DNA of 64,000 bases from Candidatus Bathyarchaeota archaeon (GTDB lineage: Archaea; Thermoproteota; Bathyarchaeia; Bathyarchaeales; Bathycorpusculaceae). The translations under genes and the position numbers were made by a program. Below the pieces are notes generated by a model. It made no database searches, was not told the origin of the DNA, and saw nothing but the letters and a program-made list of their open reading frames with translations. The stretch covers positions 128,001-192,000 of the forward strand of contig CAVYHV010000008.1 of assembly GCA_963768425.1 (NCBI GenBank). The letters run 5' to 3'. The stretch's first letter is position 1; every line of letters begins with the position of its first letter. This document shows positions 49,098 through 60,184 of the stretch, in pieces.

Positions 49098-50540
49098 ATG
49101 AAGGTAACTGTTGCAGCTTTAGATAAACAGGGCAACAGCGTAGCTGAAAAAATGCTTAAAGTGTTGAAAGAGTTTAGCGTTGAACAGCCTTTTCATTTTG
49201 GGTTTGTTTCACCGCAGAAGAGTGTTCTTGACAAGAAACTTGACCTTCTAATTAGGCAAAGTCCTCAATCTTCAGCCGCAGTTGGGATTGCCTCCTCAAA
49301 ACCAGCCTCAAAAGGCTACGAGTTCTTGCAGTTGGAAGATGCGGCACTTGTTTTGCAAGGAAAAGTGTACTCTCCTCCTTCGAAAGCCGACGCTTTGCAG
49401 CAGCTTTCTAAAGAACCCAAGCATTGCGAAGTCATCCTGCAAAAGCTCATCGAAAAAGCCGACGGGGACTACATGTTTCTTATGGTTAGGAATGGCTGGA
49501 TGGCTGCCGGAAGAGACCCGGTTGGCGTTCAACCGCTATATTTCGGCGAAAACCGAGACTATGCTGCTGTTGCCACGAACCGAAAGGCGCTGTGGAAACT
49601 GGGGATAGAAAACATTGCTTCTTTTCCGCCGGGAAACCTTGCTTTCATAAACAGGGATGGCTTCCAGTTCAAACCAGTTAAAACCTTGAACTTTTCAGTG
49701 CCCAAGCAGATAACATTGGATGATGCAGCACACAAGCTTCAAGTGCTCGTTGAGGAATCGCTTAGGCGCCGCACGCATGATGTAAAAGAAGTTTCGGTGG
49801 CGTTTTCAGGCGGATTAGACAGCAGTCTTGTGGCTTATTTGGCCAACAAACTCGGGTTAAAAGTTAACCTGCTACATGTAAGCATGGAAAATGAGGCAGA
49901 AACCGAGGAAGCCATCTCGGCATCTAAACAATTGAATCTGCCTCTTCAGGTAAACTTGTATAAAGATTCTGACGTTGAAAAAACCTTACCCAAAGTTGTG
50001 GACCTAATTGAGGAAGCTGATCCGATTAAAGCCAGCATCGGTTTGCCATTTTACTGGACCGCAGAGCAGGCAGCTGACGCAGGGTTCCACGTGGTTTTGG
50101 CTGGGCAGGGAGCGGATGAAATGTTCGGAGGCTATCAACGCTACGTCAATGAATACTGCAAAGAAGGCGACGAAAAAGTCTTAAAAACCATGTTCTATGA
50201 CGTGGTTAACATTTATTTGAGCAACCTTGAACGGGACTTAAAGATCACAAGCTACCACGACGTTGAGTTACGCATGCCGTTCGCTTCATTTGACGTTGCC
50301 GAGTTTGCGGTTGGCTTACCGATTGAATGCAAAATTGAACCAAGGCTAGACACCCTTAGAAAATTGGTGTTGCGCAAGGTCGCTTTGAACGTTGGCTTGC
50401 CCGCCTCAATCGTTGATAAACCCAAGAAAGCCGTTCAATACTCAACAGGCATAAATGATGCTGTGAAAAGAGTAGCGAAAAAGCATAGCAAGACAGTCAA
50501 CGAATACATCGCAGAGCTCTACCAAAACTCAAGACAATAA
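49098..50540 (+). CDS. Asparagine synthetase B-like ATP-dependent amidoligase with degenerate glutaminase domain
   Basis: RDPVGVQPLY, AFSGGLDSS, GQGADEMFGGY, LRMPF, KLVLRK, PKKAVQYSTG; no N-terminal Cys. Confidence 0.85.
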   Translation: MKVTVAALDKQGNSVAEKMLKVLKEFSVEQPFHFGFVSPQKSVLDKKLDLLIRQSPQSSAAVGIASSKPASKGYEFLQLEDAALVLQGKVYSPPSKADALQQLSKEPKHCEVILQKLIEKADGDYMFLMVRNGWMAAGRDPVGVQPLYFGENRDYAAVATNRKALWKLGIENIASFPPGNLAFINRDGFQFKPVKTLNFSVPKQITLDDAAHKLQVLVEESLRRRTHDVKEVSVAFSGGLDSSLVAYLANKLGLKVNLLHVSMENEAETEEAISASKQLNLPLQVNLYKDSDVEKTLPKVVDLIEEADPIKASIGLPFYWTAEQAADAGFHVVLAGQGADEMFGGYQRYVNEYCKEGDEKVLKTMFYDVVNIYLSNLERDLKITSYHDVELRMPFASFDVAEFAVGLPIECKIEPRLDTLRKLVLRKVALNVGLPASIVDKPKKAVQYSTGINDAVKRVAKKHSKTVNEYIAELYQNSRQ

Positions 50541-50635
50541 AACCGAACCCCTAAACCAAAGACCCCTCAAAACAATCTCTTACTAATAAGGTGTCTATTA
50601 GTTTGTAGTAAAAACAAAAACAGAAATGGTTTGTC

Positions 50636-52424
50636 TTACATTACGCCTGCCCAGAAAGGAATCTTTTTGCGCATGAAATTAATGTATTCTTTGAGCACAT
50701 CTTGCTCTTCAGCCGTCAAGTCATCCGCATGAGTCGTCAACAATAGCCTGTGCATCCTTTTCAGGAACCTTCACATACAAGATGTCCTTCTCGAAAATGT
50801 GCCTGCCGGCGATCGGTTTATCCATTGAAATCGCAACTTGCATGCCTACCTTCGCTTCGGGTATTGCTTTGCCTTGGTCTTGAATCTGGTCAACCTCGCC
50901 AAGGTCGCTGCCATCCTCCTTGCGCATAAGTCCGTATTTTGGTTTTAATCGACCGGCCAGCACCTCTACACCGACAACTAAAGGCTTGGCTCTGTGGAAG
51001 ATGCAATTAGGCAAAACCGTAACTTTACCTGGCTTAACTAGCGCTTCAAACTCGGCTTCACTCTTTGTTTCACGTTTATTCTTAGCCCACTGCAAATATG
51101 CATCTATCAGGTTGTAGATTATAGGTTGGTTAAAAATTGGGATTCCGTTGGCTGCGGCTTCCACTTCAGCGTCAGGCAAAGTTTTAACGCCGAATGCCAG
51201 TATTGCGCCGACTAATGGTTGACGGGTCTTCACGACAGACGCCTCAATCACGTCCCGTTTACTTATGTCGCCTACGTCGGCGATTCGCACCTGCACGTTA
51301 TTTGCCTTCAAAATCTCAGCCATAGCCTCAAGCGAACCCAGCGTGTCAGCTTTTACAATTACACCGTCTATTTCTTTAGCAATTCTGATTCTGCCGATCT
51401 CTTCAGTTATAAGATTACAGTACTTAGTTGGGTCTTCTCCTGTCGGCACAGCAAACAAGGGGGCACCAGCCAAGGCACGCTCTAGTCCAGGTGCAACAAT
51501 TTTGATGCCTGCGCTGGCAAAAACGCATTCAACCGAAGTAAATTTATCTCGTGGATCCCTCATTTCATCTAGAGGTTTAGGTACCAGAATCGTTCGCACA
51601 CGCGACGAAATTGGTCCGTCTCGTCCGCCTACAACCACCAAATCATCCCTGTGAAGGGTGCCATCGTAAATAATCGCGTTCAAAGTTAAGCCTAACCCGG
51701 GCTCCTCTTTAACTTCCAAAATGGAGCCTTTAGCTGCGCCGTCGGTTGTCTGCAGTCGCTTCTTAAGAAACTGTTGACTTAACCCGACCAAAACCATAAC
51801 CAGCTCGGATAGGCCTTCGCCTGTTTTGGCGCTGGTCGGTACCAAAGCCACGTTGATGGTGAAGTCGCGGATGTGGTCGAAGCGGTCAGTTTTGAAGCCT
51901 TGGCGGCTGAACTCACCCATAATGGTATATAAGCGGTTATCTAGTGCCTCACGGACAAAGCTTGATTGTGCCATGTAAGACTTCATAAAAGGGGCTCCCG
52001 GTTGAGCAGTCCAGCCTGGAATGCGGTCAATCTTGTTGACTGCAACGAGAAACGGGGTTTTACGTGCCTTCAAAATTTCGATGCATTCGTAGGTTTGTGC
52101 CTCAAAACCCCTCAGTGTATCAACGACCAATATGGCTATGTCAGCGACGCTTCCGCCTCTTCGACGTAGATTCGTGAAAGCTTCATGCCCAGGCGTATCC
52201 ACAATCAGCAACCCGGGAATCTCGATGCCACTTTTGAAGTTGGACAGCAAAGGTCCGATAAGCTGCTTGAGTGTCTCAACAGGGAAAAAGCTGGCGCCAA
52301 TGTGCTGTGTCATTCCTCCGGCTTCGCGGGCTTGCACGCTGGTTTTTCGCAGTTCATCAAGAAGTGAGGTTTTGCCGGCGTCCACATGTCCTAAGACGCA
52401 TACGATGGGTTGGCGTGTAGGCAT
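50636..52424 (-). CDS. infB: Translation initiation factor aIF5B (IF-2), frameshift near 50750
   Basis: GHVDAGKT, EAGGMTQHIGA, DTPGHEAF, NKID, KADTLGSLEA; the shifted frame gives ..LKEYINFMRKKIPFWAGVM*. Confidence 0.97.
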
Positions 52425-52590
52425 ATTTTTTCGCTTCCATTACAAATTATTCATGTCTCTTAATGCAATTGGGTTTATAAATGGTGGTGGAGCCCTTTCA
52501 AACCATTGAACATTCGTATGGCGAAAGCCGAAGGCAAAGATTTAAACCTAAAACCTCTTGTTCCTATTGAAAAAAGAAATGATAAGTGAT

Positions 52591-52800
52591 CTATTCTGTG
52601 GGTCTGACAAGCAGCATAAAGAGTCCGATGACAATCAGGATTACGCTTAAAACCCCGAAGAACCCGCTAAACGCGCCCAACTCGCTAGCGCTGGTGCTTG
52701 TAGCTGTCAAGTAAAGAAGTACTCCGCCGATTACTATTATTATTAAGCCGAAGAATTTTTCGGCAAGCGATACCCAGAATGTGTCGCCTTGTTCACTCAT
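52591..52800 (-). CDS. Small two-TM membrane protein
   Basis: Two clear hydrophobic helices, 69 aa. Confidence 0.65.
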   Translation of the reverse strand: MSEQGDTFWVSLAEKFFGLIIIVIGGVLLYLTATSTSASELGAFSGFFGVLSVILIVIGLFMLLVRPTE

Positions 52801-53027
52801 ATTTGTTTGCGCCCTGCCTCTCCGTGTTAATGGCTACATTAAACAAGAGGGGTATTTTAAATTATTTGTTATTGCTTACCTTAAAGTTTCTCCGTGTGAG
52901 GTGCTTAATTAACCACAAACCGGCTCAAACCGGATTTTCCAAATCTTTCGCCAATGTTTTTTCTTGACGTGGTTTAGTTACATATGGATAAATTGTCCTT
53001 TTGATTTTGTTTGGGGTGGTGTTTTTG

Positions 53028-53452
53028 ATGGAAAAAAAGAAATGTTAGCTGAAATTAAAGAGAAAACTAACGCTGTAGTTATAAAGGAATCAGAGAAGAC
53101 GGCGCGATGATAGAGTACAATGCGAGCGGGGAAGCTAGAGTCGACAAATACCGCGCATAGCCACATGGAAACCATCGATGTCAAGATCAAGATGAATGGA
53201 ACAAACGAGTGGGAAAGCAGCTCGATGGAGATGACTAATGAAGGCGACGTTGTAATGATTTCTGGCAACGGCACTGGACAGGCAAACCACTTCAGCGGTG
53301 AAGTTACTTACATGACGAATTCTCCAAGGCTCAATTGGCTCAACAACACTAAAGCGCATATCGAAGGCAAAACGGACATGAAAATCAACGAAGCAACCAT
53401 AAAGGTGTGGGCGGTAAAGAAGGAAGAAACAACCGCCGCCGCCATGATGTAG
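53028..53452 (+). CDS. Hypothetical beta-rich protein (N-terminus broken by indels)
   Basis: GGGGTGGT SD-like upstream of ATG 53028; MLAEIKEKTNAVVIKE..MIEYNASG fragments lead into HMETIDV..GDVVMISGNGTG..YMTNSPRLNWLN. Confidence 0.55.
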
Positions 53453-53456
53453 ACGC

Positions 53457-54551
53457 TTAGTTCTTCAGTTTTGTAGGCAGATACTCATCAACAATGTAGG
53501 TTAAACCGTAACGGCTGAAAGCTTCCTGTTCAGCCTTTCTTTTTATTTTCAGGAACAGCTTTATTTCTTTTTGCCAGATAGGGTCATTTTGGTACCTCGG
53601 GTCTTTCTGCAGCTCGTAGAGCCGTTTTATGTCCACTTCATCGAGAGGATCAGTCGGCAACTTATACTCGATTATGTCGCTTGCCCAAACCCCGCTCCAC
53701 ACTGCATCTGGAGTGTTAAGATCTCTCAAGTGCGCTGCGTTGGCTGAGCCTGAAATGATGACTTGGGCAATGTGCATTCCCCATGGATCGCCGTCAGTTA
53801 AGATGTATACCGGCAGGTTGAGTTCGTCGTGCAATCGTCGGATGAAGCTGCGAGTTTGTCTTGGTGCCTGTCCACCGCATGAAATCAGCAGCGCCTTGTG
53901 CTTGTTATGTACATTTTCTTCGATAAACCTAGTGAATAGGGCGCCCTTCTCGATGGCTATGACTTTATCAGCTTTCGTCTCCAACAACTCCGATGAAGTT
54001 AAGGCTGGTCCAATCAGGACGCCGTCGGGGTGGCTGGTTAAGTTGAGAGTTTTGCCTTCGTAGCCTGGGACGGTGTAGCCGATGTTTAAGTCACCGAAGA
54101 TAGCGCTGCGTTCTTCTGGAAAAATATGGAAGTCTTCCCTCGCGAACCCGGTCAACGTTTCCAGGTCGGTGATGATGTTGTTGGATTCCTGCTGGTCCGT
54201 AAAGGTCATCTCATAAGCCTGTGCAGAGTAGTAAACATCTCTTAGCGTGCTGGTTTTTCGTTGGGTTGTAAGTTCGTTGCTGAACATAGCAGCCCAAGCG
54301 AGTTGCGTGAAGGGTTTAATGTGTCGTATGTTTCGGGCGCTTCGGCTGACTGCTTTTTCGCCTAAAATATACTGTCGAACAACCGAGTCATACGTTATGT
54401 TATCGGTGGAGCGACTTGGCATGTTGATTGTTGGGAAAACGCCTTGGTCCAATTGATTATAAATTTGGGTGCCAAACGTTTGAAGCCCATTGATAACTTC
54501 GTTTCTTCTTTCAATAATTTTAGCTTTCTTCTGCGCCATACTTCTGTACAC
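53457..54551 (-). CDS. top6A: DNA topoisomerase VI subunit A
   Basis: STLRDVYY, QQESN, AIEKG, GQAP, DGDPWG..I, KAEQEA. Confidence 0.97.
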   Translation of the reverse strand: MYRSMAQKKAKIIERRNEVINGLQTFGTQIYNQLDQGVFPTINMPSRSTDNITYDSVVRQYILGEKAVSRSARNIRHIKPFTQLAWAAMFSNELTTQRKTSTLRDVYYSAQAYEMTFTDQQESNNIITDLETLTGFAREDFHIFPEERSAIFGDLNIGYTVPGYEGKTLNLTSHPDGVLIGPALTSSELLETKADKVIAIEKGALFTRFIEENVHNKHKALLISCGGQAPRQTRSFIRRLHDELNLPVYILTDGDPWGMHIAQVIISGSANAAHLRDLNTPDAVWSGVWASDIIEYKLPTDPLDEVDIKRLYELQKDPRYQNDPIWQKEIKLFLKIKRKAEQEAFSRYGLTYIVDEYLPTKLKN

Positions 54552-56145
54552 TCTTTAGTAGTTTATCTATGTCTGGAACCCGCTCCTGCCCAGCTAAAGT
54601 GGTTGCGAACTGAGCGATTTTAGGCAGGTATTTGCCGAAGATTCCTAGACGCTTCTTCTCCATATGCACATGCTCTTGACGTGACAAGAAATGCTGCAGT
54701 TGACGGGCAACTTCTCGGATTGCGTTTGCTTCTTCACGTCGGACTTCGGGGCGGTCAGCGATGAATTCTTTTCCAACCGTCTTATAAGGTACTTTTGTGC
54801 TGCAAATATGAATAACGATGGCTATTGGCATGTCTGGAGCGACTTTGTAGCGGCGCCAGTTCATCGCCGATATGACTCGGTAAGAGACATCGCTTGCTTC
54901 GTCGTAAAGCAGCGGGATTTTGTTTGCGAAACGATAAATTACGAAGCTGCCGCGTTTTGGTACTCCGCCGCCGTAAGCAATTGCCATTTCAACAATAAAT
55001 GGGTGACCTGCATAAGTTGATGGTTTGCGTTGGTGAACGACAAGGTACTCGGGGTACAGCTCTTTTTGTACGCCGGCTTTAAGCAATTCCTCTCCTAAGG
55101 GTGAAAGGCAACTGGCGTCTGGTGGCAGGAAATCCTTGTATTTCTTGAGGTTCTGCATTAAACGGACAATTTCCTCATGTGATAGCCGTTTTGGGTTCTT
55201 AGTGCTTGATTGTGCTTCCTTGCCGCAGGTTGGGCAGAGGGGTTTGTTATCAACTAATTTTATCTGATCCAGTGGAATTTTACCATGCTCACGGCAAGTG
55301 AAGGTAATTAAATCGCTGAAAATCAAGAATTTGAGTGCCGTAACAGCGCCGACACGATGGAAGTGGCCTGTCAAGAAATCGGTCATGTTATTGTAAGTAG
55401 TCATCTGAATGAGGCGCTGCAGTAACTCTACGTCTACGCCGTATGGGTGTGGCAACGTTTCTTTTGGCGGTTCAGGCATCTCACTCGTTGCGCGCACAAA
55501 CTTGTAGAGTCTGCCTTTTGGGTCAACGAAAGTCAGATTGGCGTACGGGTTCACCATGGCTGTCTGTTTGAAGTAATCGAGGATTTTTGGCATCGCTCTG
55601 AGGTAGTCGCCTTCAAGGGTGAATTCAACAATCGTTCCGCGCCAGTTGTCCTTGTTGATTAGGACTTTGCGATCTAGAATAATGGGGCGGTTCCTTTGAA
55701 TATCCATCATTAACTTGAAACTGTAGATTTTGGCTTGACCAGTGCTTGACGTAACGAAAGCTGGCTGGTGAGTGGTGATTTGTCCGTATAGAACAGCCAT
55801 TTTGCCGCCTAGACCGAATGTTCCACGCATTTGTTTTAGCTTGTATTTGCTTCCGAAGAGAACCTGCCCGAAAGCGGACGGGATAAACCGCGGTTGAATT
55901 CCACTGCCGTTGTCTTCTACACGGAGCTTGTAAATTTGAGTGTCTTTGGAAGCTTCCCCTTCAAAAGACAAGCGCACGTAAATGTTGGGCGGGATTTTTT
56001 GGCTTTCAGCCGCGTCCAATGAGTTTTCGACTAACTCGCGGATTGCGGCGAATATGGCTCGGGAAGGATTTGTGAAGCCAGCGATGTCTCTGTTCCTGTA
56101 AAAAAAGTCACTAGCGGAAATCTCTTCGAAGGTTGCTTGAGCCAC
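54520..56145 (-). CDS. top6B: DNA topoisomerase VI subunit B (with Zn-ribbon insertion)
   Basis: FFYRNRDIAGF, RELVENSLDA, EDNGSG, GSKY, RGTFGLG, RFANKIPLLYD, STKVPYKTVGKE. Confidence 0.97.
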   Translation of the reverse strand: MAQATFEEISASDFFYRNRDIAGFTNPSRAIFAAIRELVENSLDAAESQKIPPNIYVRLSFEGEASKDTQIYKLRVEDNGSGIQPRFIPSAFGQVLFGSKYKLKQMRGTFGLGGKMAVLYGQITTHQPAFVTSSTGQAKIYSFKLMMDIQRNRPIILDRKVLINKDNWRGTIVEFTLEGDYLRAMPKILDYFKQTAMVNPYANLTFVDPKGRLYKFVRATSEMPEPPKETLPHPYGVDVELLQRLIQMTTYNNMTDFLTGHFHRVGAVTALKFLIFSDLITFTCREHGKIPLDQIKLVDNKPLCPTCGKEAQSSTKNPKRLSHEEIVRLMQNLKKYKDFLPPDASCLSPLGEELLKAGVQKELYPEYLVVHQRKPSTYAGHPFIVEMAIAYGGGVPKRGSFVIYRFANKIPLLYDEASDVSYRVISAMNWRRYKVAPDMPIAIVIHICSTKVPYKTVGKEFIADRPEVRREEANAIREVARQLQHFLSRQEHVHMEKKRLGIFGKYLPKIAQFATTLAGQERVPDIDKLLKSVQKYGAEES

Positions 56146-56376
56146 TTGCTACCTACACCACTTTTTCCCTTTTTCTCCCGTTCGAGTGCTTAGTATATTT
56201 GCTGCTTGTTTTTTAAGTTAACTGCACCCTAAGAAGAAAACCCTGGAATTTGAGCAGAAGTCAACTGCTAAGAAATGGTTATTTTTGCCTTGAAAGTGTA
56301 TATTAAGTTCTAACAGATGCATTAACAGTATCGAGAAAGGTATTGCTTCGATAATTAAGGAGAAGAAGTGTTTTTG

Positions 56377-58181
56377 CTACTTCTTGAGCGCCGCTTCTGG
56401 CTTAGTGGTCTTAGTATAGTAGTACTCGCCTATACCTTTTTGGAACTTATCCATTTGAGAGTCTTCTTTGTTTACTCGGGGACGCATGGTGACTGAGTCT
56501 CTGCGGAAGGTTATGTCCATTTCTTTAAGAAACGAGTTCATGCCTTTCCTAAGGCTGGTTGGCGGATTAGCTCTGCCGCTTACGCCCGGGTCACCGTTGA
56601 AAACCATCAGGCGGTCAGCGATGAAGTCTTGGGTTACAACGTCATGTTCAACAACGAAGGCTGGGATGCCGTGCGCTTCCACAACCCTCCGAAGAGTCTT
56701 AGCCATGTTCAGGCGTTCTTCAACGTCCAGGTAGGCGCTTGGCTCGTCAAGCAGAAACAAATCGGCTTTTCGGCTGAGGCAGGCTGCAATGGCGACTTTC
56801 TGTAGTTCTCCACCGCTCAGCTCCATCACGTTTCGATCCATCAAAACCTGAAGCCTCATCGGCTGAGCAATCTCCGTTTTGTACCAACTGGATGTAAAAT
56901 TTTCTTTAGCGACGCTCATAAGCAACTCTGCAACTGTCCCTGCGTAATCGGGGGCGATGTATTGTGGCTTGTAGCTAACAGTTAACTCGCCCAGCTTCTT
57001 CTTGTCGTCAGTTTCCTCTATGCCTGCAAGAATCTTTACAAATGTTGTTTTTCCAATGCCGTTGGGACCTAAAATGCCAACGATTTCGCCGACTTTGATT
57101 TCGCCGGGTTCGACGGATAACTTGAATTCGTTGAAGGATTTTTCTATGTGTTCCCATTTTAAGATGGGTTCGCCCACGTTTGAGCCTGCGGTAGGCGGTT
57201 TCTCGTGGAAAACGATTGCTTCTTTGCGGAACATGATGTTCTCGTCTGGGATGTAGCCTTGCAGGTAAATGTTTATGCCTGTTCGAACCCCGTGCACGTG
57301 AGAAACGACGCCGTAGACGGCTGGTTCGCCGTAGAAGAGGCAGATTTGGTCCGACAGGTAATCGATTATGGCTAAGTCATGTTCAGCAACAATGATGGTT
57401 TTCTGTTGTTCCTTAAGGCTTCGTATTGCTCTCGCAACAACGAGCCTCTGCTTCACGTCAAGGTAACTTGAAGGCTCGTCAAAAAGGTAAACGTCGGCTT
57501 CGCGACTAAGTGCAGCTGCAACTGCTACACGTTGAAGTTCCCCCCGCTAAGAATGTCTAAGGGTCTATCCCAAACTTTTTTGAGTTCAAGTTCTTCAGCA
57601 ATGGCGTTCAGCTGTTTTCTTTCATCGACCTTTTCCAGTAAATCGCCGACTTTCCCTGCGACTGCCTTAGGAATCTTGTCTACGTATTGTGGTTTGCTGC
57701 TTACCTTGAGTTTTTTTTCGCTCATCTTCTGGAAATAATCTTGAAGGCTTGAACCCCGATAATATTGGATTATTTCCGGCCAATCAGGCGGGTCATTATA
57801 CTTTCCTAAGTTCGGTTTGATCTCGCCTGAGAAAACTTTGAGCGTTGTGGTTTTTCCGATGCCGTTCTGCCCCAGTAAACCCAGTACTGTGCCCGGCGAC
57901 GGCATGGGTAAACGGAAAAGTTTGAAGCTGTTTTCGGTGAAACGGTGGCTGCAATCCTTCTCCAACTCGTCGGGTAGGTTGACGACGCTTATTGCTTTGA
58001 AGGGGCATTTCTTGACGCAGATTCCGCAGCCGCTGCACAGTGATTCCGATATGACAGCTTTGTTTCCTTCTACTCTTATGGCTTCTACTCGGCTGCGAAC
58101 CATAGGGCAGTAGCTGACGCAGACTTGGTTGCATTTTTTGACTTTGCATTTGTCCTGGTTAAGCACGGCAATTCGGGTCAT
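56377..58181 (-). CDS. Ribosome recycling ATPase ABCE1/Rli1 (frameshift in G6 run at 57540-57545)
   Basis: N-terminal 2x[4Fe-4S] Cys pattern, GQNGIGKTT, LSGG(ELQR), DEPSSYLD, GPNGIGKTT, TFRRD..RPRVNK. Confidence 0.96.
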
Positions 58182-58414
58182 AGGCAAACTCCTAACTATC
58201 AAAATAACAACTAAGTAATAAATTTAAGAATAAAAAACAGCTTTCTTTAGCTTTCCGTTAGAATTTCGACTCGCGTCATGGCAAAGATAAATGACTGCAT
58301 CAGAAACTATACAAATAGGCTTTTCATCGGTTTCAAAAATCGACCTCAAACGCTTCCTTAAGAAGGGATTTAACGAAAGAAAAATAATAAAAAGTTCAGT
58401 TCGGGGTGCTTAGT

Positions 58415-58483
58415 CTACCATTCTTCTTCTTCCCATTCTTCATCTTCGCCTTCTTCCCATTCATCTTCTTCTTCGAATATCAT
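58415..58483 (-). CDS. 22-aa acidic Trp-containing microprotein MIFEEEDEWEEGEDEEWEEEEW
   Basis: GGAGGTGA SD 9 nt before ATG, TATA-like TTTAAAG near 58540, T-rich tract after the stop; strongly non-random codons. Confidence 0.7.
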   Translation of the reverse strand: MIFEEEDEWEEGEDEEWEEEEW

Positions 58484-59159
58484 GTCTCTTTTTCACCTCC
58501 AAATAACACGTACAATCTACCCTGCCTTTGGGGAACTTTAAAGATTTAGATTCGTCAACTGTCGTTAATATCACATGATAATTTAGGGCTAAAACATGTT
58601 TCATACACAAATTTTCCACATTAACCTTCGGACGATAATTTGATAATGGGCAGTTCTAAACACCTCAACCTTCTCTCGCGCAGCGGTTCTCTATCAAACC
58701 TGGTTGTGGTTAAAATCGGGCAAAGCGAAAACCTCGATAGGCGAACCCAAAAACTCGTAAGCAAACTAACCTAAAAGCAATCTGCTTTTGGGCTTAGCTT
58801 GCAAAATGAATAAATTTCTGCAGCCCCACGTAGATGGCGGGATGATGTGAGGCGACGGCTTCGAGCTTGCGCTGTGAGAAATCGTCAAATAACGCTGACC
58901 CAAGAATTGACGAAATGAGTTGTCCCTTTTCATGATTTTTTCATTAAAGAACAGGAATTTTGAAGGACAAAAATTCAATGCACAATTTCGTGCGTCTCGT
59001 TTCAAGTCAAACTAAGCTGTTTCACATAAAGGGGGCATTTTAAGCTCACATAGTTGAGCATTCGTGGTAAATCCGACAACAAAAATTGGTGGAGCGCCAA
59101 TTTTAAAAGCATTAAGTTGCCTATCTTGACTTATTGTTTAGTTTCCGAGCGCGAACGAT

Positions 59160-60184
59160 TTGGTTGACGAAAAAACAGGAAAAAACCATGTCCCCGAAAG
59201 CACAGGCATCGGCGAGCGAAGAATAATTGACATAATCGCCCGGAACCTTGAAACCATGCCCAACTTGCCCGTGCCCTTCGGCGACGACGTCTCCGCAGTT
59301 AACATTGACCAAAAACAGGTTGCCGTCCTCAAAACTGATATGCTTGTGAGTAAAACCGACGTGCCTCCCAACATGAGCCTTTGGCAAGCGTCACGCAAAG
59401 CAGTCGTTATGAACATCAGCGACTTCGCCTCCAAAGGTGTCCAACCCACAGCCGCTCTGGCATCTTTAGGGCTACCTAAAGGTCTAATGCAAAAAGACAT
59501 CGAAGAAATCGCACGCGGGTTAAATGCGGGTGCAAGGGAATATGGCGCGTACATTGTCGGCGGGGATACAGGTGAAGCTTCAGACCTCATAATTTCAATC
59601 AGCCTCTATGGCACAGCAGAAAAAACAAGCTTGATGCTTCGCAACGGGGCCAAACCGGGCGACGTGTTAGCAGTCACGGGGTTCTTCGGCAAGTCAGCGG
59701 CTGGATTACGTTTACTGACGAATAATTTTTCAGCGTCCCATCATTTGCGCGATGTTTTGCTGGGTGCGGTTTGTATGCCTAACGCTCGGCTTAAAGAAGG
59801 GTTAGCCCTTAGTCGTTCAGGTGCAGCGACAGCTTCCATCGATTCAAGTGACGGTTTGGCTTGGAGCTTGCATGAAATCGCCAAAATGAGTAACGTCGGC
59901 TTCGTCGTTAACACTGTTCCCGTTTCTGATGAAGTAAGGAGATTCGCCGAATTTAACCACCTTGATCCGTTGGAGCTGGCGCTTTACGGCGGCGAAGAAT
60001 ACGAGCTTGTAGTAACCATCAAGCCTGACAAGTGGGTTGAAGCTGAAGCCTCAGTAGAAGCCGCCGGCGGATGTCTCTTGCCCATTGGAAAAGCTACGAG
60101 GGACACCAGATGCTCTTAGACGTTGACGGCTTAAAAAGTTCTGTTGAAGCCCGCGGTTGGGAACACTTCAAGAGCAAGATTTAG
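59160..60184 (+). CDS. thiL: Thiamine-monophosphate kinase (frameshift near 60106)
   Basis: GDDVS, KTDMLV, NISDFASKG, VGGDT, IDSSDGL, GGEEYEL; the shifted frame ends RGWEHFKSKI*. Confidence 0.93.

Noticed and set aside
55204-55310. Intein in Top6B
   Set aside because: Far too short and lacks N-terminal Cys/Ser splice context and a His-Asn C-terminus.
58500-59150. ORF 58766-59005 and the long spacer between the microprotein gene and thiL
   Set aside because: No coding signature, repeat or stable structure that I can support.
39070-60184. Pseudogenes or programmed frameshifting in fni, idsA, rps8e, smc, infB, ABCE1, thiL
   Set aside because: Several are essential, both halves are intact, no slippery motif is shared and some breaks lie in homopolymers; sequencing error is more parsimonious.
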